Source of the DNA: an uncultured virus (IMG/VR IMGVR_UViG_3300050334_000070)
Taxonomy: Duplodnaviria; Heunggongvirae; Uroviricota; Caudoviricetes
Length of the DNA stretch: 64,000 nucleotides
IMG/VR virus record: IMGVR_UViG_3300050334_000070
Direction: 5' to 3' (one strand)
Of the stretch, positions 40,726 through 50,220 are shown one piece after another (the first letter of the stretch is position 1; each line of letters begins with the position of its first letter). The position numbers and the translations under genes were made by a program. The notes below the pieces were generated by a model. The model made no database searches, was not told the DNA's origin, and was given only the letters and a program-made list of their open reading frames with translations.

Positions 40726-41070
40726 TCATTCCTCCCTTACTTCATATTCTTTTGCCACATCTATGGCGTAATGGTGATAGACGGTATCGTCTTCGTGTCC
40801 GATATACCGCCGGTCGGTAATGGTAAAGCCCGCCTGCAGCAGGGCATTCACTATCTCATTTTTGCGGGCGGTGTAGCTGCCCTTTATAAATAAAGACAGC
40901 CGAACCTCCTGCGTTTCAGCCTGAGGCCGGTTGTCTGCGAAAACCTCAAATGTATCGGTCATCGGGGTTATGACAATGTACTCATCCGGCGGCACGCCGC
41001 TGAATACGCCGGTTTCAACGGGGATGCCCAAAACACCCAATAACGAATTCAACTCTATCAATATACTCAT
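40726..41070 (-). CDS. Putative tail terminator/completion protein
   Basis: Position in the head-tail joining block; coupled ORF. Confidence 0.7.
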   Translation of the reverse strand: MSILIELNSLLGVLGIPVETGVFSGVPPDEYIVITPMTDTFEVFADNRPQAETQEVRLSLFIKGSYTARKNEIVNALLQAGFTITDRRYIGHEDDTVYHHYAIDVAKEYEVREE

Positions 41071-41498
41071 ATCCGCCCCAACTCCTGTTCAAGTTTTGCT
41101 TTCATCGCCTCAATGCATGGTCTTCTTGACGCCGATTTTGCAGGTTTCAAAAACGGCTTCGCGGGCTGTCCCGATTTGCCGTATTCGATGATGTTGGCGA
41201 TCTTGGCGTTGCTCTCTCCACCTTTTCTCGGCTCCGAAAAGCCGATTTTAATATTGTGGTTTCCGTCCCTATCCTGCTTGGCAGGGGAGAGGCCCAAAGC
41301 GTTTACCAATTCACCGGTTGCCCTGGACGGGTATTTAGTGCCGCTTCCGATAACCGTCTGCAGGTTGGACTTCACTTTTGAAAGAACCACTTCTCCTCCT
41401 GCTTCCAGTACCTTGGGTATAATTTCGTCCGTCTTTTCTCCAAGTCTGGAAAGCCTGAGCAGGAACTCTTCCGGCATTTTAACTTCCACCTTAGCCAC
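41067..41498 (-). CDS. HK97 gp10-family protein
   Basis: RATGEL, IEYG...QPAKPFLKPA. Confidence 0.85.
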   Translation of the reverse strand: MAKVEVKMPEEFLLRLSRLGEKTDEIIPKVLEAGGEVVLSKVKSNLQTVIGSGTKYPSRATGELVNALGLSPAKQDRDGNHNIKIGFSEPRKGGESNAKIANIIEYGKSGQPAKPFLKPAKSASRRPCIEAMKAKLEQELGRI

Positions 41499-41516
41499 GT
41501 TGCAGCCACCTCCTGC

Positions 41517-41852
41517 TTATACTCCGCTGGATTTTACTTTCTCCGCAAGCACCTCAATATACATTCCGCGCCCTTTCACATCCTCTACACTGATAATGTT
41601 GTACCTGCCGTCGCTGCAGGCGAGCACAAGATCTGTGGTGATTTCAAGGTTCGGGATTTTGCGGAAGCGGAACAGGGCGGACGCCTGTGAAAACGCCGCC
41701 CTGTTTGCCCATGTTTCGCTGCCATGCCTGTCTTCCTTGTATGCCCTTACCGAAGCAAGGATGATATCCCCTTTTTCAGCAAAACCCTCACTGTCCTTAA
41801 CCGGCTTGGTTGAGATGATATCCACAAATATGTTCATTTTCCCAAAGCTCAT
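41517..41852 (-). CDS. Head-tail adaptor (head closure)
   Basis: KDSEGF, FRFR, YNIISVEDVKGRGMYIEV. Confidence 0.8.
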   Translation of the reverse strand: MSFGKMNIFVDIISTKPVKDSEGFAEKGDIILASVRAYKEDRHGSETWANRAAFSQASALFRFRKIPNLEITTDLVLACSDGRYNIISVEDVKGRGMYIEVLAEKVKSSGV

Positions 41853-41854
41853 AT

Positions 41855-41961
41855 CGTCCTCACAAACTCCATATCATTCGTTTCCGCGCAAGCGCGAAAA
41901 GCTCATTCATTCCGTTGTTCGTCCTCTCCCCACAAAGTCGGATGACTTTGCGGGGGCCCCT
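41855..41961 (-). repeat. 107-bp structured palindromic element, copy A
   Basis: AGGGGCCCCCGC...GACG with two hairpins, flanked by an ATAT duplication; homologous to 43631-43737. Confidence 0.75.
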
Positions 41962-42268
41962 ATATCTTCCAATCCCGGTCAAGCCGCAGCAGCATATTCA
42001 CCGTATTCCACACCTGCTGCCCTGCCTGCACGCTATCCCCGAAAAAACCGGCCGTCGAGCCATCCCTGCTTTCGTAGAAATGGCTCGACAGCATGATAAC
42101 AGCTTGCTCAGTAGTAGGCGGCATGGGGTTTTCAGCATAATATCCTTCCGGTTTTTTCTGATAGCTCTCCGCATAGGCCACTGCAGCTTTGATGTATTCC
42201 TGCAAAAGGGCGTCATCTTGGCTGTGCTGCAGTATGAGGTTGGCTTTGACCTTATCTAAAAGCTCCAT
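41960..42268 (-). CDS. Head-tail connector (gp6-like)
   Basis: VKANL...DDALL..YI.AA..Y, QAVIML.SHFYESR. Confidence 0.9.
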   Translation of the reverse strand: MELLDKVKANLILQHSQDDALLQEYIKAAVAYAESYQKKPEGYYAENPMPPTTEQAVIMLSSHFYESRDGSTAGFFGDSVQAGQQVWNTVNMLLRLDRDWKI

Positions 42269-42289
42269 GCCGCAGCCCTCCGTTTCTCA

Positions 42290-43486
42290 TCAGGACGCTT
42301 TCTGCTGCAGGATTTTGACTGCCTCGGCCAGCACCAGCTTGCCGTCCACGCGCTGGGTAGCCATGAAGCCTACCTGCCCGGTTGCGGCATAAAGCTCGTT
42401 GAGGCGCTTGAAAACCCTGCCTTGGCGATCTGCTACCCAATAATAGGAAAAATCTCCGAACACGATCGTCTTGGCTCCGGCGGCAATGGCAGGCATGTAG
42501 GCCGACGTCCTGACCGGGCGGTTGAGGATGGTATCCGGCGTTCCGGCTGTAAGGGAAGGCTGCCAGAGATACTGGCCGTTGTTGTCCTTAAGCTTCCTGA
42601 TGGCCTTGACGGTGGAGTCGTTCATGATAAATACTGCGTTCCTGCGGTAGGGAGACTTAAGGCTGTAGAACAAGTCCATGATCTCGTCAAGGGTAATGGC
42701 AGTCGCGCTTGCGGCGGTTACTCCCACCTCGCCTCCTCCGTTATTGGTCAAAATGCCGGTTGGCTTGCCAGAACCGTCGCCGACAAAGAAAGCTTCCTCC
42801 TCTTTGGCTCCGATGCGGCGGGCGAATTCCCTGGCAATATACTGCTCCAGATTGAATACGCTGTCGTTTAAGAGTTCCTCTGACACCTTGATCATGGTCG
42901 CCAGCTTGTAGGCCCCGATGGATACCTGCGCAAAGGAGTCGTCGCTTTCCGGAATCTGGCCTTCCTCATCCACCCAGGACGCGGTGCCCTTGCTTGCCAC
43001 CACCGGAATTTTTCTGTCGCCGCTAGACGTTGTAATGACATTGGCAATCTGACGGAAGATATTCTCCTCTTCCAGCGCCTCCACAAGAGTACGCTCAAAT
43101 TCGTCGGGAACAAGGTAGCCGCCTTCGCTTTCAGTTCCTACCTGCAAGGCGTTCTGTACGTCAAAACTGAGCTTATTGCGCATAGCCTTCCAAAACGCGT
43201 TCCTATACTCGTCAGTTGCCCTGCCGGTTTTGGTTTCGCTTTGAGGAGCGGGTTTGTTGGTGATGGGATTGCTGACCGGCTTTGACAGTTCCAAATCAAT
43301 GGCGGCCTGACGCTCCAGCCGTTCGATTTCCTTGCCCAGCGCAATAACATCGGCTTCCATTTTCTCATAAGTCGCGGTGTCCTCCGGTGAAAGCAGCCCG
43401 TCGCTCCCGCGTTTGCTGTCAAGGAAAGCTTTGGCGGCTTCCCATGCTTTCGCGCGTTTTTCGCGCAGTTCCAGTATTTTGCTCAT
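42290..43486 (-). CDS. Major capsid protein (HK97 fold)
   Basis: N-terminal coiled-coil delta domain, GGYLVP, WVDE, ELLNDS, GDGSGKPTG, RVDGK. Confidence 0.95.
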   Translation of the reverse strand: MSKILELREKRAKAWEAAKAFLDSKRGSDGLLSPEDTATYEKMEADVIALGKEIERLERQAAIDLELSKPVSNPITNKPAPQSETKTGRATDEYRNAFWKAMRNKLSFDVQNALQVGTESEGGYLVPDEFERTLVEALEEENIFRQIANVITTSSGDRKIPVVASKGTASWVDEEGQIPESDDSFAQVSIGAYKLATMIKVSEELLNDSVFNLEQYIAREFARRIGAKEEEAFFVGDGSGKPTGILTNNGGGEVGVTAASATAITLDEIMDLFYSLKSPYRRNAVFIMNDSTVKAIRKLKDNNGQYLWQPSLTAGTPDTILNRPVRTSAYMPAIAAGAKTIVFGDFSYYWVADRQGRVFKRLNELYAATGQVGFMATQRVDGKLVLAEAVKILQQKAS

Positions 43487-43513
43487 TGTCAATTCCTCCT
43501 TATGGTTTTATTT

Positions 43514-43548
43514 GGGGGTCCCCGCTAAATCGCAGATTTAGCGGGGTG
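43514..43548 (+). repeat. Short palindromic element, copy C
   Basis: GGGGGTCCCCGCTAAATC-GCA-GATTTAGCGGGGTG. Confidence 0.7.
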
Positions 43549-44371
43549 AAAGTAAATAAAGCCGCTTTTCCAGCGACTCAACCGGGGTTCCTTTGGGTTT
43601 TTCTTTTTCTTGGGGTCTGTTAAGGAAAGAAGGGGCCCCCGCGGAATCGCCAGATTCCGCGGGGAAAGGAGCTGCAACGGAGCAGGCAAGCTTTTGTCGT
43701 TTACGGCAAAACGAGCTAAGCGCAGTTTGCAGCGACGCAGTCACAGCCTGCCGACTAAAGATCATCCCCTCAGATATTTCAAACTCGGAAGGGGATGATT
43801 CGTCCTCCATAAACAGAATGCCGTCGGCAAAACCCAGTTCCACCGCTTTCCTTGCGTTAAACCAGCTTTCCGCATCCATAAGGTGCGATATTTTCGCCCT
43901 GGATAGCCCGGTTTTCAGCTCATAGGCGTTGATGATGGATTCCTTTATTTCCTCCAGCATGGCGATAGCTTTCTCCATCTCCTCCGTATCACCGATGGCT
44001 ATGGTCATTGGGTTATGGATCATCATCATGCTCACCGGCGACATGAACACGTCGCCTCCGGCCATGGCTATGACCGAAGCGGCGCTGGCCGCGATGCCGT
44101 CAATCTTTACGGTGACTTTGCCTTTGTAATCCATCAGCATGTTGTAAATCTGGCTGGCCGCAAACACGTCGCCGCCCGGGCTGTTGATCCAGATGGTTAT
44201 GTCGCCCTCTCCGGATAACAGCTCCGATTTGAACTGTTTGGGGGTCACCTCGTCTCCCAGCCAGCTTTCTTCGGCTATGGGGCCGTCGAGGTACAAAGTC
44301 CGGCTGCCGTCATCGTTTTGCATCCAGTTCCAAAAGCGGCGAGCCGGCCTTGGTTTTGATAATTTGCTCAT
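43538..44371 (-). CDS. ClpP-type head maturation protease with in-frame insertion near the C-terminus
   Basis: INSPGGDV, AASAAS, MMIHNP, ESWFNA..A.ELGFAD. Confidence 0.9.
   Translation of the reverse strand: MSKLSKPRPARRFWNWMQNDDGSRTLYLDGPIAEESWLGDEVTPKQFKSELLSGEGDITIWINSPGGDVFAASQIYNMLMDYKGKVTVKIDGIAASAASVIAMAGGDVFMSPVSMMMIHNPMTIAIGDTEEMEKAIAMLEEIKESIINAYELKTGLSRAKISHLMDAESWFNARKAVELGFADGILFMEDESSPSEFEISEGMIFSRQAVTASLQTALSSFCRKRQKLACSVAAPFPAESGDSAGAPSFLNRPQEKEKPKGTPVESLEKRLYLLSPR
43631..43737 (+). repeat. 107-bp structured palindromic element, copy B (inside the protease gene)
   Basis: AGGGGCCCCCGC...GACG, colinear without gaps with copy A. Confidence 0.75.
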
Positions 44372-45633
44372 TTTTTTGTTCCCTCCGTTTCTGCATTGGT
44401 TTTGCCTGCAAACGCTCCAGCATCCTGAAGTTTGGTCATGTTGCCATTAATGAGATACAGGTCGCCGCCCAGCTCCTCAGGGATCCGGTTCATGTTCTCA
44501 AGCTCTCGGATATCGTTGGCCGACATCCAGCCGTTCTGGCGCGCCACGGCATAGCCGTTCATGCGGCTGGCATAATCACCGCGCAAAAGGCCGTCCACGT
44601 TGAATTTGACAAAGTACGCCTGCTTTTCCGACGGCAAAAGCAGCGCCTTTTGGATGGCCTGCTCCCAACGCACCACCCATGGGTCAAGCGTGTATTTGAC
44701 AAACTCCAGCGACTGCTGCTCGATGTTTGAAAAGCTCGACTTCTCAAGGTCGCCTACCATATGGGGAGGCACGCGGAATATCCGGGCGATCTCGTTTATC
44801 TGGAATTTCCTTGTCTCCAGAAACTGCGCCTGCTCCGGCGGGATGCCGATCTGCTGGAATTTCATGCCCTCTTCCAGAACGGCGATGCGGTGGGCGTTGG
44901 CGCTGCCCTGATAGACGGCGTTCCAGCTTTCGCGCACCTTTGCCGGGTCCTTCAATACACCCGGATGTTCCAGTACGCCGCCCGGATTTGCGCCGTTGGC
45001 AAAAAAGGACGCGCCGTACTCCTCGCAGGCGATGGCCATGCCTATTGCGTTCTTGGCCATTGCGATAGGGGAGTAGCCTACAAGACCGTCAAAGCCGAGC
45101 CCCGGGATGTGCAGCACCTCGTCGCTCCGCAGGTATATAAGCCCTGCCTTCGGATTTGTCCTGCTCTCCTCGCTGTCCCGCCGGTAGGTGTAATACAGTT
45201 CACCATTTTGTGCCCTGTCCACCGTCATCTTGCTTGGCAGAAGGGGATAAAGCGCCATCACCCGGCCTGCGCCGTCCCGGATGATTTGAGCGTAGGCATT
45301 GCCCCATAAAAGAAGATGGCTCATCAGTGTTTCGCGGAACACGAATGAAGTCATCTCCGGGTTTGGCTCGTCATGTAGCAGGTAATACAGCGGATGGGTC
45401 AGCGCTTTCTCTTTGCCGCCGTCGTCCTTGTACCGGTACACATGCAGCGGAAGCCCGGCTATGGCTTCGGCCAGTATCCTTACACAGGCATACACCGCCG
45501 TTGTCTGCATGGCCGTCCGCTCGTTGACGGCCTTGCCGCTGCTGGTGCCGCCGAAGAAAAAGCTGTATGCGCTGCCGAACAGGCTGTTTTTCGGTTTGTC
45601 CCTTGCTTTGAACATGCGGGAAAAGATTTTCAT
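44368..45633 (-). CDS. Portal protein (HK97 family)
   Basis: AVYACVRILAE, LLLWGNAY, GYSPI, LEEGM, EIARIFRVPP, SNIEQQ. Confidence 0.95.
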   Translation of the reverse strand: MKIFSRMFKARDKPKNSLFGSAYSFFFGGTSSGKAVNERTAMQTTAVYACVRILAEAIAGLPLHVYRYKDDGGKEKALTHPLYYLLHDEPNPEMTSFVFRETLMSHLLLWGNAYAQIIRDGAGRVMALYPLLPSKMTVDRAQNGELYYTYRRDSEESRTNPKAGLIYLRSDEVLHIPGLGFDGLVGYSPIAMAKNAIGMAIACEEYGASFFANGANPGGVLEHPGVLKDPAKVRESWNAVYQGSANAHRIAVLEEGMKFQQIGIPPEQAQFLETRKFQINEIARIFRVPPHMVGDLEKSSFSNIEQQSLEFVKYTLDPWVVRWEQAIQKALLLPSEKQAYFVKFNVDGLLRGDYASRMNGYAVARQNGWMSANDIRELENMNRIPEELGGDLYLINGNMTKLQDAGAFAGKTNAETEGTKK

Positions 45634-47231
45634 ATAAACAACAACCCCCTTTCGTCATAAACCGAGCCGGTATTCTCCCCGCTGTGCCTTAGCGCGCGGT
45701 CAAGCGCCATAATGAGCGCGACCGCGCCGTCTATCCTCTCGGTGGATTTCTCCTTGTCCGGTTTGATATTTCCGGCCGGATCGGTTTTGACAAAGATATT
45801 GTCCATCATCCATCTGAGCACCGGATGGCCTCCATGGGCAATGCGCTCCTCCAAAGTCAGCTTCATCAACTCTTTTGTGGGCGGCGACATATCCTTGAAG
45901 CCCTGGCCGAACGGAACAACCGCAAAACCCAAGGCTTCTAGGTTCTGCGTCATCTGCACCGCGCCCCAGCGGTCAAAGGCTATTTCCTTAATGTTATATT
46001 TCATACCTAGCTCCTCAATAAAATTCTCAATGAAACCGTAATGCACCACGTTGCCCTCGGTGGTGTATAAAAAGCCCTGCCGCTCCCATATGTCATAAGG
46101 CACATGGTCGCGCCGCACGCGCTGGTCGATATTGTCCTCCGGTATCCAGAAAAACGGCAGGATCTGATATTTGTCCGATTCATCCAGCGGGGGAAACACC
46201 AGCACAAAAGCTGTGATGTCCGTTGTGCTGGATAAATCAAGCCCGCCGTAGCAGGTGCGACCGCGCAGGCTGTCGGCATCGACGGGGAAGGCGCATTTAT
46301 CCCATTTCTCCATCGGCATCCAGCGCACCGATTGCTTTACCCACTGGTTCAGGCGAAGCTGGCGGAATAAGTTTTCCTCCGCGGGATTCTGTTTAGCGTT
46401 TTCAAAGGCCACCCTCAATTTTTCAATATCCACTGTAATGCCCAGCGACGGATTGACCTTTTTCCATACCTTTTCGCTTGTCCAGTCGTCGGTATCGGCA
46501 GCGCTGTAGATAACCGGGTAGAATGTCGGATCTATCTTGCGTCCCTGCAGGATATCCTCCGCTTTTTGATGCACCTCCCAGCAGATGGAATTCCGGTCGG
46601 TGCCAGCGGTTGTAATCAGAAAAAACAGCGGCTGCTTTCTCGCATCGCCGGATCCGTGCAGCATTACATCGTACAGATCGCGGTTCGGCTGGGCGTGCAG
46701 CTCGTCGAATACCACGCCATGGACGTTCAGCCCATGCTTGGTATACGCCTCCGCTGAAAGCACCTGATAGAAGCTCCCAAGCGGCTTGTATACCAGCCGC
46801 TTCTGCGACAGCATCGGTTTAATCCGGGACTTTAATGCAGGGCACTGCTCCACCATGTCCACAGCCACGTCAAACACGATGGAAGCCTGCTGCCTATCTG
46901 ATGCGCAGCCATACACCTCGCCGCCATGCTCGAAATCACCGCAGGTCAGGTATAAGGCGATGGCCGCCGCAAGCTCGCTCTTCCCCTGTTTTTTTGGGAT
47001 TTCTATATAGGCAGTGTTGAACTGCCGGTATCCGTTCGGTTTCAAGACGCCGAATATATCCCGGACAATCTGCTCCTGCCAGTCAATAAGCTCAAAGGGC
47101 ATCCCGTACCATTCGCCCTTGGTATGCTTCAGGCAGTTTATAAAGGCAACGGCGGCGTCCGCCGCTTCCTTGTCGTATCGGGAACCTTCCGCCATAAACT
47201 TGGTTGGCTTATATCGCTTTAACTTCCGCAG
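45630..47231 (-). CDS. Terminase large subunit (start CTG 47231 or ATG 47195)
   Basis: IPKKQGKSEL, FDELH, ITTAG, GGLDLSST, IDGAVA. Confidence 0.95.
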   Translation of the reverse strand: MRKLKRYKPTKFMAEGSRYDKEAADAAVAFINCLKHTKGEWYGMPFELIDWQEQIVRDIFGVLKPNGYRQFNTAYIEIPKKQGKSELAAAIALYLTCGDFEHGGEVYGCASDRQQASIVFDVAVDMVEQCPALKSRIKPMLSQKRLVYKPLGSFYQVLSAEAYTKHGLNVHGVVFDELHAQPNRDLYDVMLHGSGDARKQPLFFLITTAGTDRNSICWEVHQKAEDILQGRKIDPTFYPVIYSAADTDDWTSEKVWKKVNPSLGITVDIEKLRVAFENAKQNPAEENLFRQLRLNQWVKQSVRWMPMEKWDKCAFPVDADSLRGRTCYGGLDLSSTTDITAFVLVFPPLDESDKYQILPFFWIPEDNIDQRVRRDHVPYDIWERQGFLYTTEGNVVHYGFIENFIEELGMKYNIKEIAFDRWGAVQMTQNLEALGFAVVPFGQGFKDMSPPTKELMKLTLEERIAHGGHPVLRWMMDNIFVKTDPAGNIKPDKEKSTERIDGAVALIMALDRALRHSGENTGSVYDERGLLFI

Positions 47232-47260
47232 CTTTGCCGCCTCCCTTCCTGAAAGTGAAC

Positions 47261-47291
47261 AAGAAAAAAGGAACCTCCTTACGAAGTTCCT
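47261..47291 (-). terminator. Rho-independent terminator between the GGCT gene and terL
   Basis: Minus strand GGAACTTC-GTAAG-GAGGTTCC-TTTTTTCTT. Confidence 0.7.
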
Positions 47292-47339
47292 CTCATCAAG
47301 TGGATTTCTATGAAATTTCTATGCCGGCGGCGTCTTTCC

Positions 47340-47807
47340 CTATATCTCCGCTTTATCCATATGCGCCGCAGAATCCCGCACCGCTTTATTGAGAACGGAA
47401 ATGTCAAAGCCCGCGTCCATATATCCCTGCCGGATTACCTCGTAGTAGTAACGGCTAGGCGTTCCCAAAGGCCTGCCTTCATTCATGATATATACCATGG
47501 CGGACACCCACTGACCTTTGAAACGCACCTTAACCGTTTCCTTCCGGTAAAGATGCGGATATCCCTCATACCGGTCCAGCGCTTCCTCGTCATAAGGCGT
47601 GATTCTCCAAAGCAATACCGGCACGCTTCCGCCTTTTTGCCTTTCTATTGTCGCCACCGCGCCTCCATTGCCGCCCCGGAACAGCAGCCGGTAGCCTGTG
47701 AGCTTTGCGCTCCCCATAACCCTCGCCGTCGGACAGCGGCATGCCATCTGCTTCAAATTCAGGTTGCTTCCGTATGCCAGATAAATTGTTTCTTTTTCCT
47801 TGTCCAT
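47340..47807 (-). CDS. Gamma-glutamylcyclotransferase-family protein
   Basis: YLAYGSNL, LDRYEGYP.LY, PSRYY...I..GY. Confidence 0.85.
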   Translation of the reverse strand: MDKEKETIYLAYGSNLNLKQMACRCPTARVMGSAKLTGYRLLFRGGNGGAVATIERQKGGSVPVLLWRITPYDEEALDRYEGYPHLYRKETVKVRFKGQWVSAMVYIMNEGRPLGTPSRYYYEVIRQGYMDAGFDISVLNKAVRDSAAHMDKAEI

Positions 47808-47872
47808 CACATCATCCTCCTTGCGTTTCCCGCGGGATAAGGGGCGGCTGTCCGCCCCAAGCGCCCGTTTAT

Positions 47873-48772
47873 CTATGCCGCCCGAAACCGCCACGCCGCG
47901 TTGCCGCCCAAGTGTTTGCAAAGGTGCTCACGGCAGTTTTTGAACTCGTCGCCGATAAGCCCGATGTGGTTGAGGTAGGTGCGCATGGCGAATTTTTCGT
48001 TTTCAACCTGCGGCTTCTTGCTGGAAGCGCATTTTTGCGTCAGCGCCTGATGGTTCAGCGCCAATGCAAGCACTATGTAGCTCCTTATTTTCCCGGCGTG
48101 GAGCTCGCTGTTGAAGCCTCTAAGCTCGATCGTTCCGTTGCCGTTGAAAAAGCTGTGCAGGTTCAAAAAATTGTACCTACTACTATGGTAATGTTGCATG
48201 CGGCTTCCCTCATAGCCTTCATACCAGATGCTTTCGATGGTCGCCATGGTCTTGGGTTTTCTGCGGTTTAATTTTTCCACCAGCGCCTCGTCCATTTTCT
48301 TGCAAAAACGCATCCTTTCCGGCTCAATCTGCAGCGCCTTGTAGAGCAGGTCGTTCTTGCTGGCAATGATGTTGATGAAGTTGCGGATGCTTCTTGGCGT
48401 GTGGTTTGCGCTGTCAAGATGGACATGAATTCCTGCACTGCTGTTGCTGAAGCCGCCCGCCTTGCGGAGCCTCCTGATCAGCTCCTGCAGGGTTTCAATG
48501 TCCTCCCGGTAGGTGAGTATGGGGCTTACCAGCTCCACGCTGTATTCCCGGCCCGCCTCCACAATCCTGCCGCGTTCTTTTTTCTGCGTCCGGATGCTGC
48601 CGTCGCTCATGAATTTCCAGACCCGTCCGTCCGGCGCGATAACCTTTTGCGTGTTGTAATAATCGTTTCCGCTTTCGATCCTCCCGCCCAAAAACTCCGC
48701 GGCAGCCTTTGCCGCCTGCGCCCTTGTAATCCCCGTAAATTCTACCTCGATCCCGAATCTCGTTTCAAGCAT
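47873..48772 (-). CDS. Amidoligase (COOH-NH2 ligase) family protein
   Basis: FGIEVE, DGS, ELVSP, GIHVH, RY..LN, TIELR motifs. Confidence 0.85.
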   Translation of the reverse strand: MLETRFGIEVEFTGITRAQAAKAAAEFLGGRIESGNDYYNTQKVIAPDGRVWKFMSDGSIRTQKKERGRIVEAGREYSVELVSPILTYREDIETLQELIRRLRKAGGFSNSSAGIHVHLDSANHTPRSIRNFINIIASKNDLLYKALQIEPERMRFCKKMDEALVEKLNRRKPKTMATIESIWYEGYEGSRMQHYHSSRYNFLNLHSFFNGNGTIELRGFNSELHAGKIRSYIVLALALNHQALTQKCASSKKPQVENEKFAMRTYLNHIGLIGDEFKNCREHLCKHLGGNAAWRFRAA

Positions 48773-48817
48773 TGCGCTTTTCTCCTCGCTTTCCTGTGTT
48801 TTCTGCCCTTTGGCAGT

Positions 48818-48852
48818 GTACATTAGGCCATTGAAAACACAGGATAGCAAGG
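48818..48852 (-). promoter_or_regulatory. Repeated 35-bp promoter-like motif, copy upstream of the amidoligase
   Basis: CCTTGCT-N12-CAATG-N5-ATGTAC. Confidence 0.6.
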
Positions 48853-48913
48853 CAATTCTGCATGAGTTTCTGCCGGATTTTCAACAATTTTTCGCAGCGG
48901 GATTTGTGTACAT

Positions 48914-49144
48914 TTAAAGCTTCCTGATCATGTCCGCGCCATAGGCCGCGCCGAGGGTTGAACCGCAGTCCCAATCCACAAAAATAGTCCCTATGTCATC
49001 AACAAATGAAACGGTGCCTTGATCTCCCGGTTTCAGCGCGGCGTACGGATCATCCATGCGGATGAGCTCCACGCGTGTCCCCGGCGGATATTCCTCTCTC
49101 AGCCTTTGAACAATTTCTTTTGAAGGAAAGCCTCCTGCGCTCAT
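48914..49144 (-). CDS. DUF4314-like protein
   Basis: YPPGTRVEL..MDDPY...GTV.FVDDIG.I.V.WD.GS.L. Confidence 0.85.
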   Translation of the reverse strand: MSAGGFPSKEIVQRLREEYPPGTRVELIRMDDPYAALKPGDQGTVSFVDDIGTIFVDWDCGSTLGAAYGADMIRKL

Positions 49145-49147
49145 CTT

Positions 49148-49477
49148 TTAATCCTCTCCTCCCGGATAATATGCGGCGTATTTGGGATAATCCGTGCCGT
49201 CCGGCATCACCAGCACTCCGTCCGGCTGTCCCCGCCGCCGCACCAGCAGGCATTGCCATACCCCGTCTTCGTCAATGCGGCAAAGCCCCTTGTTTTCCTC
49301 GATAAACCGGCGGCCGACACATAGATCGGCAATGAAGTTCTCATAGTCAATCTTTGAAAGCCCGATAGTTTTCACAACCGCAAAAGGCTTTTCCTCCTTA
49401 TGCGGATGCGGTTTTCTCAAATCCTCGATCGCAAACGGACGCCGCACAAAGAAGGCGGTGTTTTGAAAATCAGTCAT
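49148..49477 (-). CDS. DUF6329-like protein
   Basis: FI.E...DG...CLLV...DGVLV...G..Y.KYAAY; start overlaps the upstream stop. Confidence 0.6.
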   Translation of the reverse strand: MTDFQNTAFFVRRPFAIEDLRKPHPHKEEKPFAVVKTIGLSKIDYENFIADLCVGRRFIEENKGLCRIDEDGVWQCLLVRRRGQPDGVLVMPDGTDYPKYAAYYPGGED

Positions 49478-50153
49478 CTCCATCCGCCGCCTTTGCTCTG
49501 CCTTTCCGGTACGCCCCGTTGCCGGACAGCCTTGAAAGCAGCACCTTGCGCTCGGTTCTGAACTCATCCCCGATAAACCCCAGCCGGAGCAGGAAGCAGC
49601 GGAAGGCATACTTTTCATTGTCCGCCGGTTTTTCGGCAGCCAGTACGCGCTTCTGCGCCTTGGCCTGTTCCGCCATCTGCCTTGCAAGCGTGATATATGT
49701 CTGCACCTCGTCGGCATTTAAAGTCGCATTCCAAAAAGGGAATGTGATTTCGCCGTTTTCAGCCGAAACTTCAATATTGCGCTCGACAGACAGCGCTTTC
49801 TTGAGCAGCGTTTCCTTGCTTGCCAGCAGGTTTTTAAGGTTTGCAAGGTTCGCCTCGCCAAAGCCGTGCAAAGCAAGCACAATCGTCATATTTCCCTCTG
49901 CGGACAGCCCGGCGATATTCATCGCGTCGATCACCGGCCTGACGCTTTTGATTTTGTCAAGGCCGATTTCCGGCGAATGCACCACGCTGTCCCTGTCAAC
50001 CGTCCAGCCATCAGCTTCGTAGGTAAAGCCCGGCGCTCCGGCATAGCGCACCTGGCCTCCGAGGGCCTCGGCGATTATTGCGGCAATGACTTTCCTCTCC
50101 TGGCCGGCAACCTTCTGTGAAAAGCGGAAGCTGTTATTTCTCATTCCGTACAC
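49470..50153 (-). CDS. Conserved phage protein often annotated 'virulence-related'
   Basis: NEKYAFRCFLLRLGFIGDEF...RK.LL..L.GN C-terminus, similar to the amidoligase C-terminus. Confidence 0.7.
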   Translation of the reverse strand: MYGMRNNSFRFSQKVAGQERKVIAAIIAEALGGQVRYAGAPGFTYEADGWTVDRDSVVHSPEIGLDKIKSVRPVIDAMNIAGLSAEGNMTIVLALHGFGEANLANLKNLLASKETLLKKALSVERNIEVSAENGEITFPFWNATLNADEVQTYITLARQMAEQAKAQKRVLAAEKPADNEKYAFRCFLLRLGFIGDEFRTERKVLLSRLSGNGAYRKGRAKAADGDD

Positions 50154-50220
50154 CTCCCTCCGGAAAAGCTGAAATTGCTCTGATGATCATAAAAAATCCC
50201 ACCTTTCTTCTTTTGGTGGG

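Noticed and set aside
27736..45309. Long plus-strand ORFs (e.g. 27736..28674, 31425..32204, 41113..42096)
   Set aside because: Antisense shadows of well-supported minus-strand genes in GC-rich DNA, with no recognisable motifs.
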